From assembly GCA_963514005.1 (NCBI GenBank), contig OY740827.1, positions 2,852,001 through 2,916,000 of the forward strand: a stretch of 64,000 nt of DNA. Direction: 5' to 3'. Positions 51,021-60,959 of this stretch are shown in pieces. Under the pieces are notes generated by a model, which did not search any database, had not been told where the DNA came from, and saw only the letters and a list, made by a program, of their open reading frames with translations. The stretch comes from Raja brachyura. Taxonomy: Eukaryota. The position numbers and the translations under genes are program-made. The stretch's first letter is position 1, and each line of letters opens with the position of its first letter.

Positions 51021-54000
51021 TGGTGTTCATGTGTGCGACAGAGAGAATGTGTGTGTGAGAGAGAAGGAGAGTGAGTGTGTGAGAGCGTATGCGATGAATT
51101 CCAGTATCTCTCATGGGCCAATAATCCATCTGCCTTTATAGACAGTCAGATGACAGTGTGTGTCCACTCACATTCTACAGTGAGGGTCACATCCCTCTCT
51201 GCTGTCCCATGTTCATTCTCCGCCACACACTGATAGACCCCGGCGTCCTGCCGTGTCAGCTGAGGGAACTCCATCCACAGCTCGTTGCTGGAACGTGTTG
51301 TGTTCAATGCGACACCGAGATGTCTCCACGTCAGGTTAGACGCTGGGAAACTCTGGACGGAGCAGAGGATCGCTGCAGAGTTTCCTTCCTTTACACTGAC
51401 CCAGGAATTGTTGACTTTGTCGGGGGAAGTGGTTGAGAGATTCTGGGGAGCGTCTGCAAACAGATAAAATTCAGCAACTAGTTTTGTGGCACTTTCGGTG
51501 ATCCTTGGATTGTAAAAGACTTTAGAGATACACTGCGGAAATAGGTCCTTCAGCCCACCGAGTCCGCGCCGACCATCGAACACGCGTTCACGCACTAGTT
51601 CTATGTTTAGGGAAATGAGAGATATAGATGATGGTGTAGAGAGATATAGAACAAAGAATGAAAGATATGCAAAATAGTAACGATGATAAAGGAAACAGGC
51701 TATTGTTCGCTGTTTGTTGGGTGAGAACGAGACGCTGTACGACTTGGGTGGGGGTGGGATGAAGAGAGAGGGAATGCAGGGTCCTGCCCAATATATGAGA
51801 TCCTGTTCCTCCAATTTGCATTTAGCCTCACTCTAACAGTGCAGGACATAAAGGTCAGTGTGGGAATGGGAAGGAGAATTAAAGTGTTTAGCAACCGGGA
51901 GATCAGGTAAGTCCTACATCTCTCTACATCATCGTCTATATCTCTCGTTCCCCTTTCCCGTGACTTTCGCTCTGAAGAACGCTCTCGACCCGAAACATCA
52001 CCCATTCCTTCTCTCCAGAGATGCTGCCTGTCCCGCTGAGTTACTCCAGCTTTTGGTGTTGATTTGATTAGTACGGGTGTCAGAGGTTATGGGGAGAAGG
52101 CAGTGCAATGGGGTTATGAGGGAGAGATAGATCAGCCATGATTGAATGGTGAAATAGACTTGATGGGCCGAATGGCCTAATTCTGCTCCTTCCACTTATG
52201 ACCTTATGTACCAGCACTGCTGATAGATTATTGCTGTTCCTGCACAATAAACGATCTCCGTACTTACATTGCACAGTCATTGTGAGGATCTGCTCCGATG
52301 AGACAGTTGGGTATCTGACTCTGCAGGTGAGGTTTTGCCCGTGATGTTTGAGCACTGGGGTCAGGGACAGAACAGAAGTATATGTCAGAGTGTCTCCCCG
52401 CTGAGTTACGCTGTGTGAGGCTGACGTTGGTTCATCAGCGGGGGTGACCCAGGTTAAGGTGGGTGCCGTTCCATCACACGTGGTGTTGAAGATGCAGGTC
52501 ACGGTCACAGGCTGACCTGCCACCATTTCAGCAGGGAATATCGTGGGGTTATCTGTGAAATCTAACACACACAGAAACAGATACTGTTAGTTAAATATCA
52601 CGAGATACATCGGTTCACATCACAATCCCAGTCCCACATGAGGAAGGATGTTTTTACAAGGTACAGAAGTGTGAAAACGCACACCTCCAGATTATCAAGG
52701 ACCAGTCTCATCCCCGGCCACTCCCTCTTCTCCCCTCTTCCACCGGGCAAGAGGTACAGAAGTGTGAAACTGCACACCTCCAGATTCAGGGACAGTTTCT
52801 TCCCAGCTGTTATCAGGCAACTGAACCATTCTACCACAACCAGAGAGCGGTCTTGAACTACTATCTACCTCATTGGTGACCTTCAGACTATCCCTGATCA
52901 GACTATGCTGGCTTAACCTTGCACTAAACGTTATTCCCTTATCATGCAGCTGTACACTGTAAACGGCTCGATTGTAATCATGTATTGTCTTTCCGCTGAC
53001 TGGATAGCACGCAACAAAAGCTTTGCACTGTACCTCGGGACATGTGACAATAAAATTAACTAACTAAACTAAACTAAACTAGGATGATCCCTGAACAAGG
53101 AGGTACAATGGTCAGGGGAGGTTGAAAAGGTCGGGGATCAGGAATGTCATGATGACCTGTGATCGGGAAGATGGGGACAGAGTTCTCCACTAAGGGCAGT
53201 AAGGATAAGACAGTCATTGTTTAGTTTAGTTCAGGCTGTGTGAAGTGTAGATGGAGTCGATATTAGGAGCATATATGGGCAATGAAAACCTGGTAATAAC
53301 AGTGCAAAAACTGGAGGTGTCACGATGATCCAGAAATGAACCAGAAGGATCCTGATGCTGTGGTGTGTGTGTGAATAGGGAATGTGTACAGTCCAAAGTC
53401 CGATCAAGGATAGTCCGAGGTTCACCAGTGAGGCTGATGGTAGTTCAGCACTGCTCTCTGGTTGTGGTAGGATGGTTCAGTTGCCTGATAACTGCTGGGA
53501 AGAAACTGTTGAGTGAATGAGTGAATTATCCAGAGCACTTACCAGTAACACTGAGCCGTGTTACAGGGTGGTAGTTGAAACGATTTCCCCCTCCAAAATC
53601 AACTCTGAAAAAATAAGGACCTGCATCTTGCAGCGTGACGTTGTCTATAACCAGGGAACAGTCGTTGTCTCTCAGGATTCCTGACAGCCGGGTCCGATGC
53701 TGAAACTTTGTTGATTCTAGACTGGGATCCACGGAGTGGAAGGCCACAGAATCTTCTTTGTTCTTCTCACTGTTATACCAGATTCCAGTCCGTGGTTTAT
53801 TGTTCAGATGCGACGAGTGCCTGTAGTGACACGGAATCCGTGCACACAAACCATTCTGCGCTGTCACATCTGGTGGAGTGTCCGCACTCCACTGTCCCGA
53901 CACCACGGCTGAGGAGAGAAGGACCAATCTTTAGCAGTGAACACCCTGTCAGTTCACTGGACTCACTTTCCCCACCTTTTATCCTGCGCTGTGGACCTGG

Positions 54001-57000
54001 TGTGTACAGAGCGTAGAAGAGCGGCATGGTGGTGTAGGGGTAGAGCCTTCCTCCTCACCGCCCCTCCCACAGTGTGTCACTCCCTCCTCACCGCCCCTCC
54101 CACAGTGCATCACTCCCTCACACAATGTGTCACTCCCTCCTCACCGCCCCTCCCACAGTGCATCACTCCCTCCCATAGTGCATCACTCCCTCCTCACCAC
54201 CCCTCCCACAGTGTGTCACTCCCTCCTCACCGCCCCTCCCACAGTGCGTCACTCCCTCCTCACTGCCCCTCCCACAGTGCGTCACTCCCTCCTCACCGCC
54301 CCTCCCACAGTGTGTCACTCCCTCCTCACCGCCCCTCCCACAGTGCGTCACTCCCTCCTCACCGCCCCTCCCACAGTGTGTCACTCCCTCCTCACAAACC
54401 CTCCCACAGTGTGTCACTCCCTCCCACAGTTCATCACTCCCTCCTCACCGCCCCTCCCACAGTGCATCACCCCCTCACACAGTGTGTCACTCCCTCCTCA
54501 CCGCCCCTCCCACAGTGTGTCACTCCCTCCTCACCACCCCTCCCACAGTGCATCACTCCCTCCCACAGTGCATCACTCCCTCCTCACCACCCCTCCCACA
54601 GTGTATCACTCCCTCCTGACCGCCCCTCCCACAGTGCATCACTCCCTCCTCACCGCCCCTCCCACAGTGTGTTACTCCCTCCTCACCGCCCCTCCCACAG
54701 TGTGTCACTCCCTCCTCATTGCCCCTCCCACAGTGTGTCACTTCCTCCACACAGCCCCTCCCAGAGTGTGTCACTCCCTCCTCATTGCCCCTCCCACAGT
54801 GTGCCACTTCCTCCTCACCACCCCTCCCAAAGTGTGTCACTCCCTCCTCACCGCCCCTCCCACAGTGTGTCACTCCCTCCTCATTGCCCCTCCCAGAGTA
54901 TGTCACTCCCGCCTCATTGCCCCTCCCACAGTGTGTCACTTCCTCCTCATCGCCCCTCCCACAGTGTGTCACTCCCTCCTCATTGCCCCTCCCACATTGT
55001 GCCACTTCCTCCTCACCGCCCCTCCCAAAGTGTGTCACTCCCTCCTCACCGCCCCTCCCACATTGTGTCACTCCCTCCTCACCGCCCCTCCCACAGTGTC
55101 ACTCCCTCCTCACCACCCCTCCCACATTGTGTCACTCCCTCCTCACAACCCCTCCACAGTGTGTCCTCCCTCACTGCCCCTCCCACAGTGCCACCCTCCT
55201 CACCGCCCCTCCCACAGTGCATCACTCCCTCACACAGTGTTTCACTCCCTCCTCACCGCCCCTCCCACGGTGTGTCACTACCTCCTCACCGCCCCTCCCA
55301 CAGTGTGCACTCCCTCCTCACCGCCCCTCCCACAGTGCATCACTCCCTCCCATAGTGCATCACTCCCTCCTCACCACCCCTCCCACAGTGTGTCACTCCC
55401 TCCTCACCGCCCCTCCCACAGTGCGTCACTCCCTCCTCACTGCCCCTCCCACAGTGCGTCACTCCCTCCTCACCGCCCCTCCCACAGTGTGTCACTCCCT
55501 CCTCACCGCCCCTCCCACAGTGGGTCACTCCCTCCTCACCGCCCCTCCCACAGTGCGTCACTCCCTCCTCACCGCCCCTCCCACAGTGTGTCACTCCCTC
55601 CCACAGTTCATCACTCCCTCCTCACCGCCCCTCCCACAGTGCATCACTCCCTCACACAGTGTTTCACTCCCTCCTCACCGCCCCTCCCACGGTGTGTCAC
55701 TACCTCCTCACCGCCCCTCCCACAGTGTGCACTCCCTCCTCACCGCCCCTCCCACAGTGCATCACTCCCTCCCATAGTGCATCACTCCCTCCTCACCACC
55801 CCTCCCACAGTGTGTCACTCCCTCCTCACCGCCCCTCCCACAGTGCGTCACTCCCTCCTCACTGCCCCTCCCACAGTGCGTCACTCCCTCCTCACCGCCC
55901 CTCCCACAGTGTGTCACTCCCTCCTCACCGCCCCTCCCACAGTGTGTCACTCCCTCCTCACCACCCCTCCCACAGTGCATCACTCCCTCCCACAGTGCAT
56001 CACTCCCTCCTCACCACCCCTCCCACAGTGTATCACTCCCTCCTGACCGCCCCTCCCACAGTGCATCACTCCCTCCTCACCGCCCCTCCCACAGTGTGTT
56101 ACTCCCTCCTCACCGCCCCTCCCACAGTGTGTCACTCCCTCCTCATTGCCCCTCCCACAGTGTGTCACTTCCTCCACACAGCCCCTCCCAGAGTGTGTCA
56201 CTCCCTCCTCATTGCCCCTCCCACAGTGCGCCACTTCCTCCTCACCACCCCTCCCAAAGTGTGTCACTCCCTCCTCACCGCCCCTCCCACAGTGTGTCAC
56301 TCCCTCCTCATTGCCCCTCCCACAGTATGTCACTCCCTCCTCATTGCCCCTCCCACAGTGTGTCACTTCCTCCTCACCGCCCCTCCCACAGTGTGTCACT
56401 CCCTCCTCATTGCCCCTCCCACAGTGTGCCACTTCCTCCTCACCGCCCCTCCCAAAGTGTGTCACTCCCTCCTCACCGCCCCTCCCACATTGTGTCACTC
56501 CCTCCTCACCGCCCCTCCCACAGTGTGTCACTCCCTCCTCACCACCCCTCCCACAGTGTCACTCCCTCCTCACAACCCCTCCACAGTGTGTCCTCCCTCA
56601 CTGCCCCTCCCACAGTGTCACCCTCCTCACCGCCTCTCCCACAGTGTGTCACTCCCTCCCGCAGTGCATCACTCCCTCCTCACCGCCCCTCCCACAGTGC
56701 ATCACTCCCTCACACAGTGTTTCACTCCCTCCTCACCGCCCCTCCCACGGTGTGTCACTCCCTCCTTCCGCCCCTCCCACAGTGCATCACTCCCTCCCAC
56801 AGTGCATCACTCCCTCCTCACCACCCCTCCCACAGTGCATCACTCCCTCCTCACCGCCCCTCCCACAGTGCATCACTCCCTCACACAGTGTGTCACTCCC
56901 TGCTCACCGCCCCTCCCAAAGTGTGTCACTCCCTGCTCACCGCCCCTCCCACAGTGTGTCACTCCCTCCTCATTGCCCCTCCCACAGTATGTCACTCCCG

Positions 57001-60000
57001 CCTCATTGCCCCTCCCACAGTGTGTCACTTCCTCCTCATCGCCCCTCCCACAGTGTGTCACTCCCTCCTCATTGCCCCTCCCACAGTGTGCCACTTCCTC
57101 CTCACCGCCCCTCCCAAAGTGTGTCACTCCCTCCTCACCGCCCCTCCCACATTGTGTCACTCCCTCCTCACCGCCCCTCCCACAGTGTGTCACTCCCTCC
57201 TCACCACCCCTCCCACAGTGTGTCACTCCCTCCTCACAACCCCTCCACAGTGTGTCCTCCCTCACTGCCCCTCCCACAGTGTCACCCTCCTCACCGCCCC
57301 TCCCAGTGTGTCACTCCCTCCCACAGTGCATCACTCCCTCCTCACCGCCCCTCCCGCAGTGCATCACTCCCTCACACAGTGTTTCACTCCCTCCTCACCG
57401 CCCCTCCCACGGTGTGCCACTCCCTACTCACCGCCCCTCCCACAGTGTGCACTCCCTCCTGACCGCCCCTCCCACAGTGCATCACTCCCTCCCATAGTGC
57501 ATCACTCCCTCCTCACCACCCCTCCCACAGTGTGTCACTCCCTCCTCACCGCCCCTCCCACAGTGTGTCACTCCCTCCTCACTGCCCCTCCCACAGTGCG
57601 TCACTCCCTCCTCACCGCCCCTCCCACAGTGTGTCACTCCCTCCTCACCGCCCCTCCCACAGTGCGTCACTCCCTCCTCACCGCCCCTCCCACAGTGCGT
57701 CACTCCCTCCTCACTGCCCCTCCCACAGTGTGTCACTCCCACCCACAGTTCATCACTCCCTCCTCACCGCCCCTCCCACAGTGCATCTCCCCCTCACACA
57801 GTGTGTCACTCCCTCCTCACCGCCCCTCCCACAGTGTGTCACTCCCTCCTCACCACCCCTCCCACAGTGCATCACTCCCTCCCACAGTGCATCACTCCCT
57901 CCTCACCACCCCTCCCACAGTGTATCACTCCCTCCTGACCGCCCCTCCCACAGTGCATCACTCCCTCCTCACCGCCCCTCGCACAGTGTGTTACTCCCTC
58001 CTCACCGCCCCTCACACAGTGTGTCACTCCCTCCTCATTGCCCCTCCCACAGTGTGTCACTTCCTCCACACCGCCCCTCCCAGAGTGTGTCACTCCCTCC
58101 TCATTGCCCCTCCCACAGTGCCACTTCCTCCTCACCACCCCTCCCAAAGTGTGTCACTCCCTCCTCACCGCCCCTCCCACAGTGTGTCACTCCCTCCTCA
58201 TTGCCCCTCCCACAGTATGTCACTCCCTCCTCATTGCCCCTCCCACAGTGTGTCACTTTCTCCTCACCGCCCCTCCCACAGTGTGTCACTCCCTCCTCAT
58301 TGCCCCTCCCACAGTGTGCCACTTCCTCCTCACCGCCCCTCCCACAGTGTGTCACTCCCTCCTCACCACCCCTCCCACAGTGTGTCACTCCCTCCTCACA
58401 ACCGCTCCCACAGTGTGTCCTCCCTCACTGCCCCTCCCACAGTGTCACCCTCCTCACCGCCCCTCCCACAGTGTGTCACTCCCTCCTACAGTGCATCACT
58501 CCCTCCTCACCGCCCCTCCCACAGTGCATCACTCCCTCACACTGTGTTTCACTCCCTCCTCATCGCCCCTCCCACGGTGTGTCACTCCCTCCTCGCCGCC
58601 CCTCCCACAGTGCATCACTCCCTCCCACAGTGCATCACTCCCTCCTCACCACCCCTCCCACAGTGCATCACTCCCTCCTCACCGCCCCTCCCACAGTGCA
58701 TCACTCCCTCACAGTGTGTCACTCCCTGCTCACCGCCCCTCCCAAAGTGTGTCACTCCCTGCTCACCGCCCCTCCCACAGTGTGTCACTCCCTCCTCACC
58801 GCCCCTCCCACAGTGTGTTACTCCCTCCTCACCGCCCCTCCCACAGTACGTCACTCCCTCCTCACCGCCCCTCCCAGTGTGTCACTCCATCCTCATTGCT
58901 CCTCCCACAGTGTGCCACTTCCTCCTCACCGCCCCTCCCAAAGTGTGTCACTCCCTACTCACCACCCCTCCCACAGTGTGTCACTCCCTCCTCACTGCCC
59001 CTCCCACAGTGCGCCCCTCCCACAGTGTGTCACTCCCTCCTCACAACCCCTCCCACAGTGTGTCCTCCCTCACCGCCCCTCCCACAGTGTGTCACTCCCT
59101 CCTCATTGCCCCTCCCACAGTGTGTCACTTCCTCCTCACCCCCCTCCCACAGTGTGTCACTCCCTCCTCATTGCCCCACCCACAGTGTGTCACTTCCTCC
59201 TCACCGCCCCTCCCACAGTGTGTCACTCCCTCCTCATTGCCCCTCCCACAGTGTGCCACTTCCTCCTCACCGCCCCTCCCAAAGTGTGTCACTCCCTCCT
59301 CACCGCCCCTCCCACAGTGTGTCACTCCCTCCTCACCGCCCCTCCCACGGTGTGTCACTCCCTCCTCACCGCCCCTCCCACAGTGTGTCACTCCCTCCTC
59401 ACCGTCCCTCCTACAGTGCGTTTCTCCCTCATCACCGCTCCTCCCACAGTGTGTCACTGCCTCCTCACAGCCCCCATACAGTGTGTCACTCCCTCCTCAC
59501 CGCCCGTCCCACAGTGCATCACTGCTTGTGACCAATAGAGTGTCCCTTATAGTCAGGGTCCGGAGCCACTCCACCTAAGGTCCGTAGGGGGAGGAGTGAC
59601 TCTGCTGTCAGCGACCGAAGGTCTGGTGACGGGATCTAGCGAGTTGGCAGGGCCGAAGATGGCCTGGTTGGGTTGCTCCGTCCGCCAGTCAGGGCGCCAG
59701 GCAGAAGAGGGCTTTGCCCGAGCCAGTTGGTTGCATCATTAACAGGGTTACATCCGTGCCTGGGTGGTGTTAGAGAGGGACATGGTTATATAGTGGTTTA
59801 TTAGTGTATCTGTAGCATAGTTGTTTGGAAATGTAGTGTCTGAATAATTTGGTGATTTTGTAATATTGTGGAGGGTGGGTCACCACGGTTTGGGTTTTTT
59901 GGGGTTTTGTATCGTGATCGTAATTGAATACATTATTTTTGATGCATAAAATCAGTGCGGCGCTCACTCCTTTGCTACAGTACATTCCATCTGCCACTTC

Positions 60001-60846
60001 TCTGGCCACTCTCCCAACGTGTCCAAGTCGGCCTGCAGAGTTCCTGCTTTCTCTACACTACCTGCCCTTCACCTGTTTCCCTATCATCTGCAAACCTGGC
60101 CACACATCTGTCAAAAACCTTTGTCTAAATCTTTAATATACAACGTGAAAAGGAGTGGTGTGTAGGAAGGTACATGCTGGTTTAAACTGAAGATAGACAC
60201 AAAAATCTGGAGTAACTCAGTGGGACAGGCAGCATCTCTGGAGAGAAGGAATGGGTGATGTTTCGGGTCGAGACCCTTCCTCAGACTGTAAGTCACGGGA
60301 AAGGGAAACGAGAGATATAGACGATGATGTGGAGAGATACAGAACAATGGATGAAAGATATGCAAAAAAGTAATGATGATAAAGAAAACAAGCCATTGTT
60401 AGCTGTTTGTTCAGTGAGAACGAGAAGCTGGTGCGGCTTGGGTGGGGGAGGGATGGAGAGAAAGGGAATGCAGGATTTACTTGAAGTGAGAGAAATCAAT
60501 ATTCATACCACTGGGTTGTAAGCTGTCCAAGCAAAATATGAGATGCTGTTCCTCAAATTTGCATTTGGGCTCACTCTGACATCGGAGGAGAACGAGGACA
60601 AACAGATCAGTGTGGGAATGGGAAGGGGAATTAAAGTGTTTGGCAACCGGGAGATCAGGTAGGTCCAGGCGGACTGAGCGAAGGTGTTCAGCGAAAGGAT
60701 CGTTGCGGCCCCAGCACCGACCCCTGCGGAACTCCGCTAGTCACTGGCAGCCAACCAGTAAAACCCTCCTCACCCGTAAACACTTGTGAGTTGCTGCTGA
60801 TGGTACCTTGGAGAAGGGAGAGGAGGAAGAACGATCTCCCGATCAT
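21186..60846 (-). CDS. Spliced gene: Siglec/MAG-like Ig-superfamily receptor (signal peptide, V-set, 5 C2-type Ig, TM, DAP12-like ITAM tail); 10 coding exons, predicted 694 aa
   Basis: Exons 60846-60807, 53908-53543, 52561-52268, 51453-51172, 44854-44573, 37755-37474, 32388-32101, 29206-29078, 27671-27607 and 21242-21186 have canonical AG/GT boundaries and compatible phases (1,1,1,1,1,1,1,1,0). They sum to 2085 nt = 695 codons with no internal stop. Confidence 0.85.
21290..21600. repeat. G-rich ~41-bp tandem repeat next to the last-exon acceptor
   Basis: Repeated ggtgtaggggccagaggggaggggattacggagacaggg units. Confidence 0.8.
23640..24838 (+). pseudogene. DIRS RT/RNase H (frameshifted)
   Basis: [39 protein letters not shown] and RNase H motifs, with several stops and frameshifts. 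Confidence 0.85.
24854..25195 (+). pseudogene. DIRS DNA N6-adenine methyltransferase-like domain
   Basis: [19 protein letters not shown]...YAFPPF...[14 protein letters not shown]. Confidence 0.85.
25300..26341 (+). pseudogene. DIRS tyrosine recombinase (disrupted)
   Basis: [27 protein letters not shown]...FHSTRAAA...AAGW...TFSKFY; frameshifts plus a ~105-bp insertion at ~25921-26024. Confidence 0.85.
27607..27671 (-). CDS. Siglec-like gene exon 9: cytoplasmic [22 protein letters not shown] (first ITAM Tyr)
   Basis: Acceptor tgtcttccag, donor CAG|gttggt, phase 1-0. Not in the ORF track; found by manual reading. Confidence 0.8.
27940..28380 (+). mobile_element. CR1 3' ends (two tandem fragments)
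   Basis: Near-identical to the 3' end of 14881-16840; TTTCTATG tail. Confidence 0.85.
29078..29206 (-). CDS. Siglec-like gene exon 8: transmembrane segment
   Basis: [43 protein letters not shown]: hydrophobic span followed by a basic stop-transfer stretch. Acceptor ctccacccctcag; donor G|gtgcga is weaker than consensus. Confidence 0.85.
30950..31230 (-). mobile_element. Old Deu-domain SINE (SacSINE1/AmnSINE1-related) remnant
   Basis: tgtaatgtgggaaatgtggcagcca..gcgcagcaagtcccacaaa..caatgtgacaatgaccca matches the Deu central domain as I recall it. Confidence 0.6.
32101..32388 (-). CDS. Siglec-like gene exon 7: membrane-proximal MAG-domain-5-type Ig domain
   Basis: [12 protein letters not shown]....[17 protein letters not shown]...[10 protein letters not shown]; the S-x-C...C-x-C...SNP pattern resembles MAG domain 5; ctctccag|...G|gtgagg. 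Confidence 0.9.
32790..33670 (+). mobile_element. Penelope-like element 3' fragment: GIY-YIG endonuclease plus terminal repeat
   Basis: [32 protein letters not shown]; downstream terminal repeat with a degenerate hammerhead motif at ~33543-33573. Confidence 0.85.
33800..35480. mobile_element. Cluster of CR1 3' fragments
   Basis: ORF2 C-terminal peptides in ORFs 34165-34356, 34700-34900 and 35099-35464. Confidence 0.8.
37474..37755 (-). CDS. Siglec-like gene exon 6: C2/I-type Ig domain (copy 3 of 3)
   Basis: 282-bp open exon nearly identical to the other two; atttag|...|gtgagt. Confidence 0.9.
37905..40190 (-). mobile_element. Decayed CR1 LINE (~2.3 kb)
   Basis: Successive ORF2 fragments (39833-40093, 39354-39923, 39048-39344, 38552-38917, 38278-38559) with RT motifs and the CR1 3' stem-loop. 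Confidence 0.92.
41580..43533 (-). mobile_element. Non-autonomous Helitron (copy 3) with a 30-bp tandem array
   Basis: Minus-strand 5' TCTATACTATTACTAAAA; 3' hairpin GGACCcaacaGGTCC then CTTAGTCCAG|T; array ctcacggctggtggactcacagttcactca at ~42320-43230; empty site in the paralogous segment at ~36797. Confidence 0.8.
44573..44854 (-). CDS. Siglec-like gene exon 5: C2/I-type Ig domain (copy 2 of 3)
   Basis: 282-bp open exon nearly identical to 51172-51453; ctttag|...|gtgagt. Confidence 0.9.
46131..46165 (+). ncRNA. Minimal hammerhead ribozyme motif (Penelope terminal-repeat type)
   Basis: CTGAAGA-aGGGccttgaCCC-GAAAC-GTC: CUGANGA core, stem II, GAAA, then a GUC triplet. Confidence 0.6.
46232..48700 (+). 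mobile_element. Nested decayed CR1 LINEs (a 3' fragment at ~46880-47550 inside an older copy)
   Basis: DKSPGLDG and NYRTVS, then a complete 3' end, after which [18 protein letters not shown] resume. Confidence 0.85.
50428..51090. repeat. Compound (GT)n/(GA)n microsatellite
   Basis: Interspersed TG and GA runs. Confidence 0.95.
51172..51453 (-). CDS. Siglec-like gene exon 4: C2/I-type Ig domain (copy 1 of 3)
   Basis: YAPQNLS...[23 protein letters not shown]...[14 protein letters not shown]; 282 bp, tttgcag|...|gtgagt. Confidence 0.92.
52268..52561 (-). CDS. Siglec-like gene exon 3: first C2-set Ig domain
   Basis: DFTDNPTI...[20 protein letters not shown]...[17 protein letters not shown] has the extra Cys typical of Siglec domain 2; AG/GT boundaries, phase 1-1. 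Confidence 0.92.
52655..53080 (+). mobile_element. Rex1/Babar-type LINE 3' end
   Basis: [36 protein letters not shown] followed by AATAAA and an (AACTA)n tail. Related copies at 27100-27510 (minus), 49405-49715 and 35580-35885. Confidence 0.7.
53543..53908 (-). CDS. Siglec-like gene exon 2: sialic-acid-binding V-set Ig domain
   Basis: QW...GLCARIPC...W...[30 protein letters not shown]: Siglec Cys pattern plus the F-strand essential Arg (YFFR). Acceptor ttctctcctcag, donor G|gtaagt. Confidence 0.93.
54047..59525. repeat. 5.5-kb C-rich minisatellite, 33-bp unit TGTGTCACTCCCTCCTCACCGCCCCTCCCACAG with 20-bp sub-units
   Basis: Direct tandem repetition; the 11-aa periodicity of the spurious ORFs ([11 protein letters not shown]) confirms the 33-bp unit. 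Confidence 0.97.
60807..60846 (-). CDS. Siglec-like gene coding exon 1: signal peptide [13 protein letters not shown]
   Basis: ATG at 60846; phase-1 donor CAAG|gtacc; upstream acceptor ctttctcttgcag opens the exon at 60887. Joins the V exon as [21 protein letters not shown], a plausible cleavable leader. Confidence 0.75.
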
Positions 60847-60959
60847 TGTCCGATCCCAGATATCCCTCAGTTACCCGATCTCCCGGTCTGCAAGAGAAAG
60901 TGCTTGCAGTAAAACTCCAGATACCAATATACATTAAACGACATGGATGCAATGCTAAG

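Noticed and set aside
50399-51121. 240-aa His/Thr-rich ORF
   Set aside because: Translation of a (CA)n/(CT)n microsatellite.
54047-59525. Minisatellite as a PRDM9 hotspot motif (CCNCCNTNNCCNC) array
   Set aside because: I did not find a match in the unit, and that motif is specific to human alleles.
53937-59578. Very long Pro/His/Ser-rich ORFs (up to 1160 aa)
   Set aside because: Artefacts of a largely stop-free 33-bp minisatellite, open in several frames, lying antisense within an intron.
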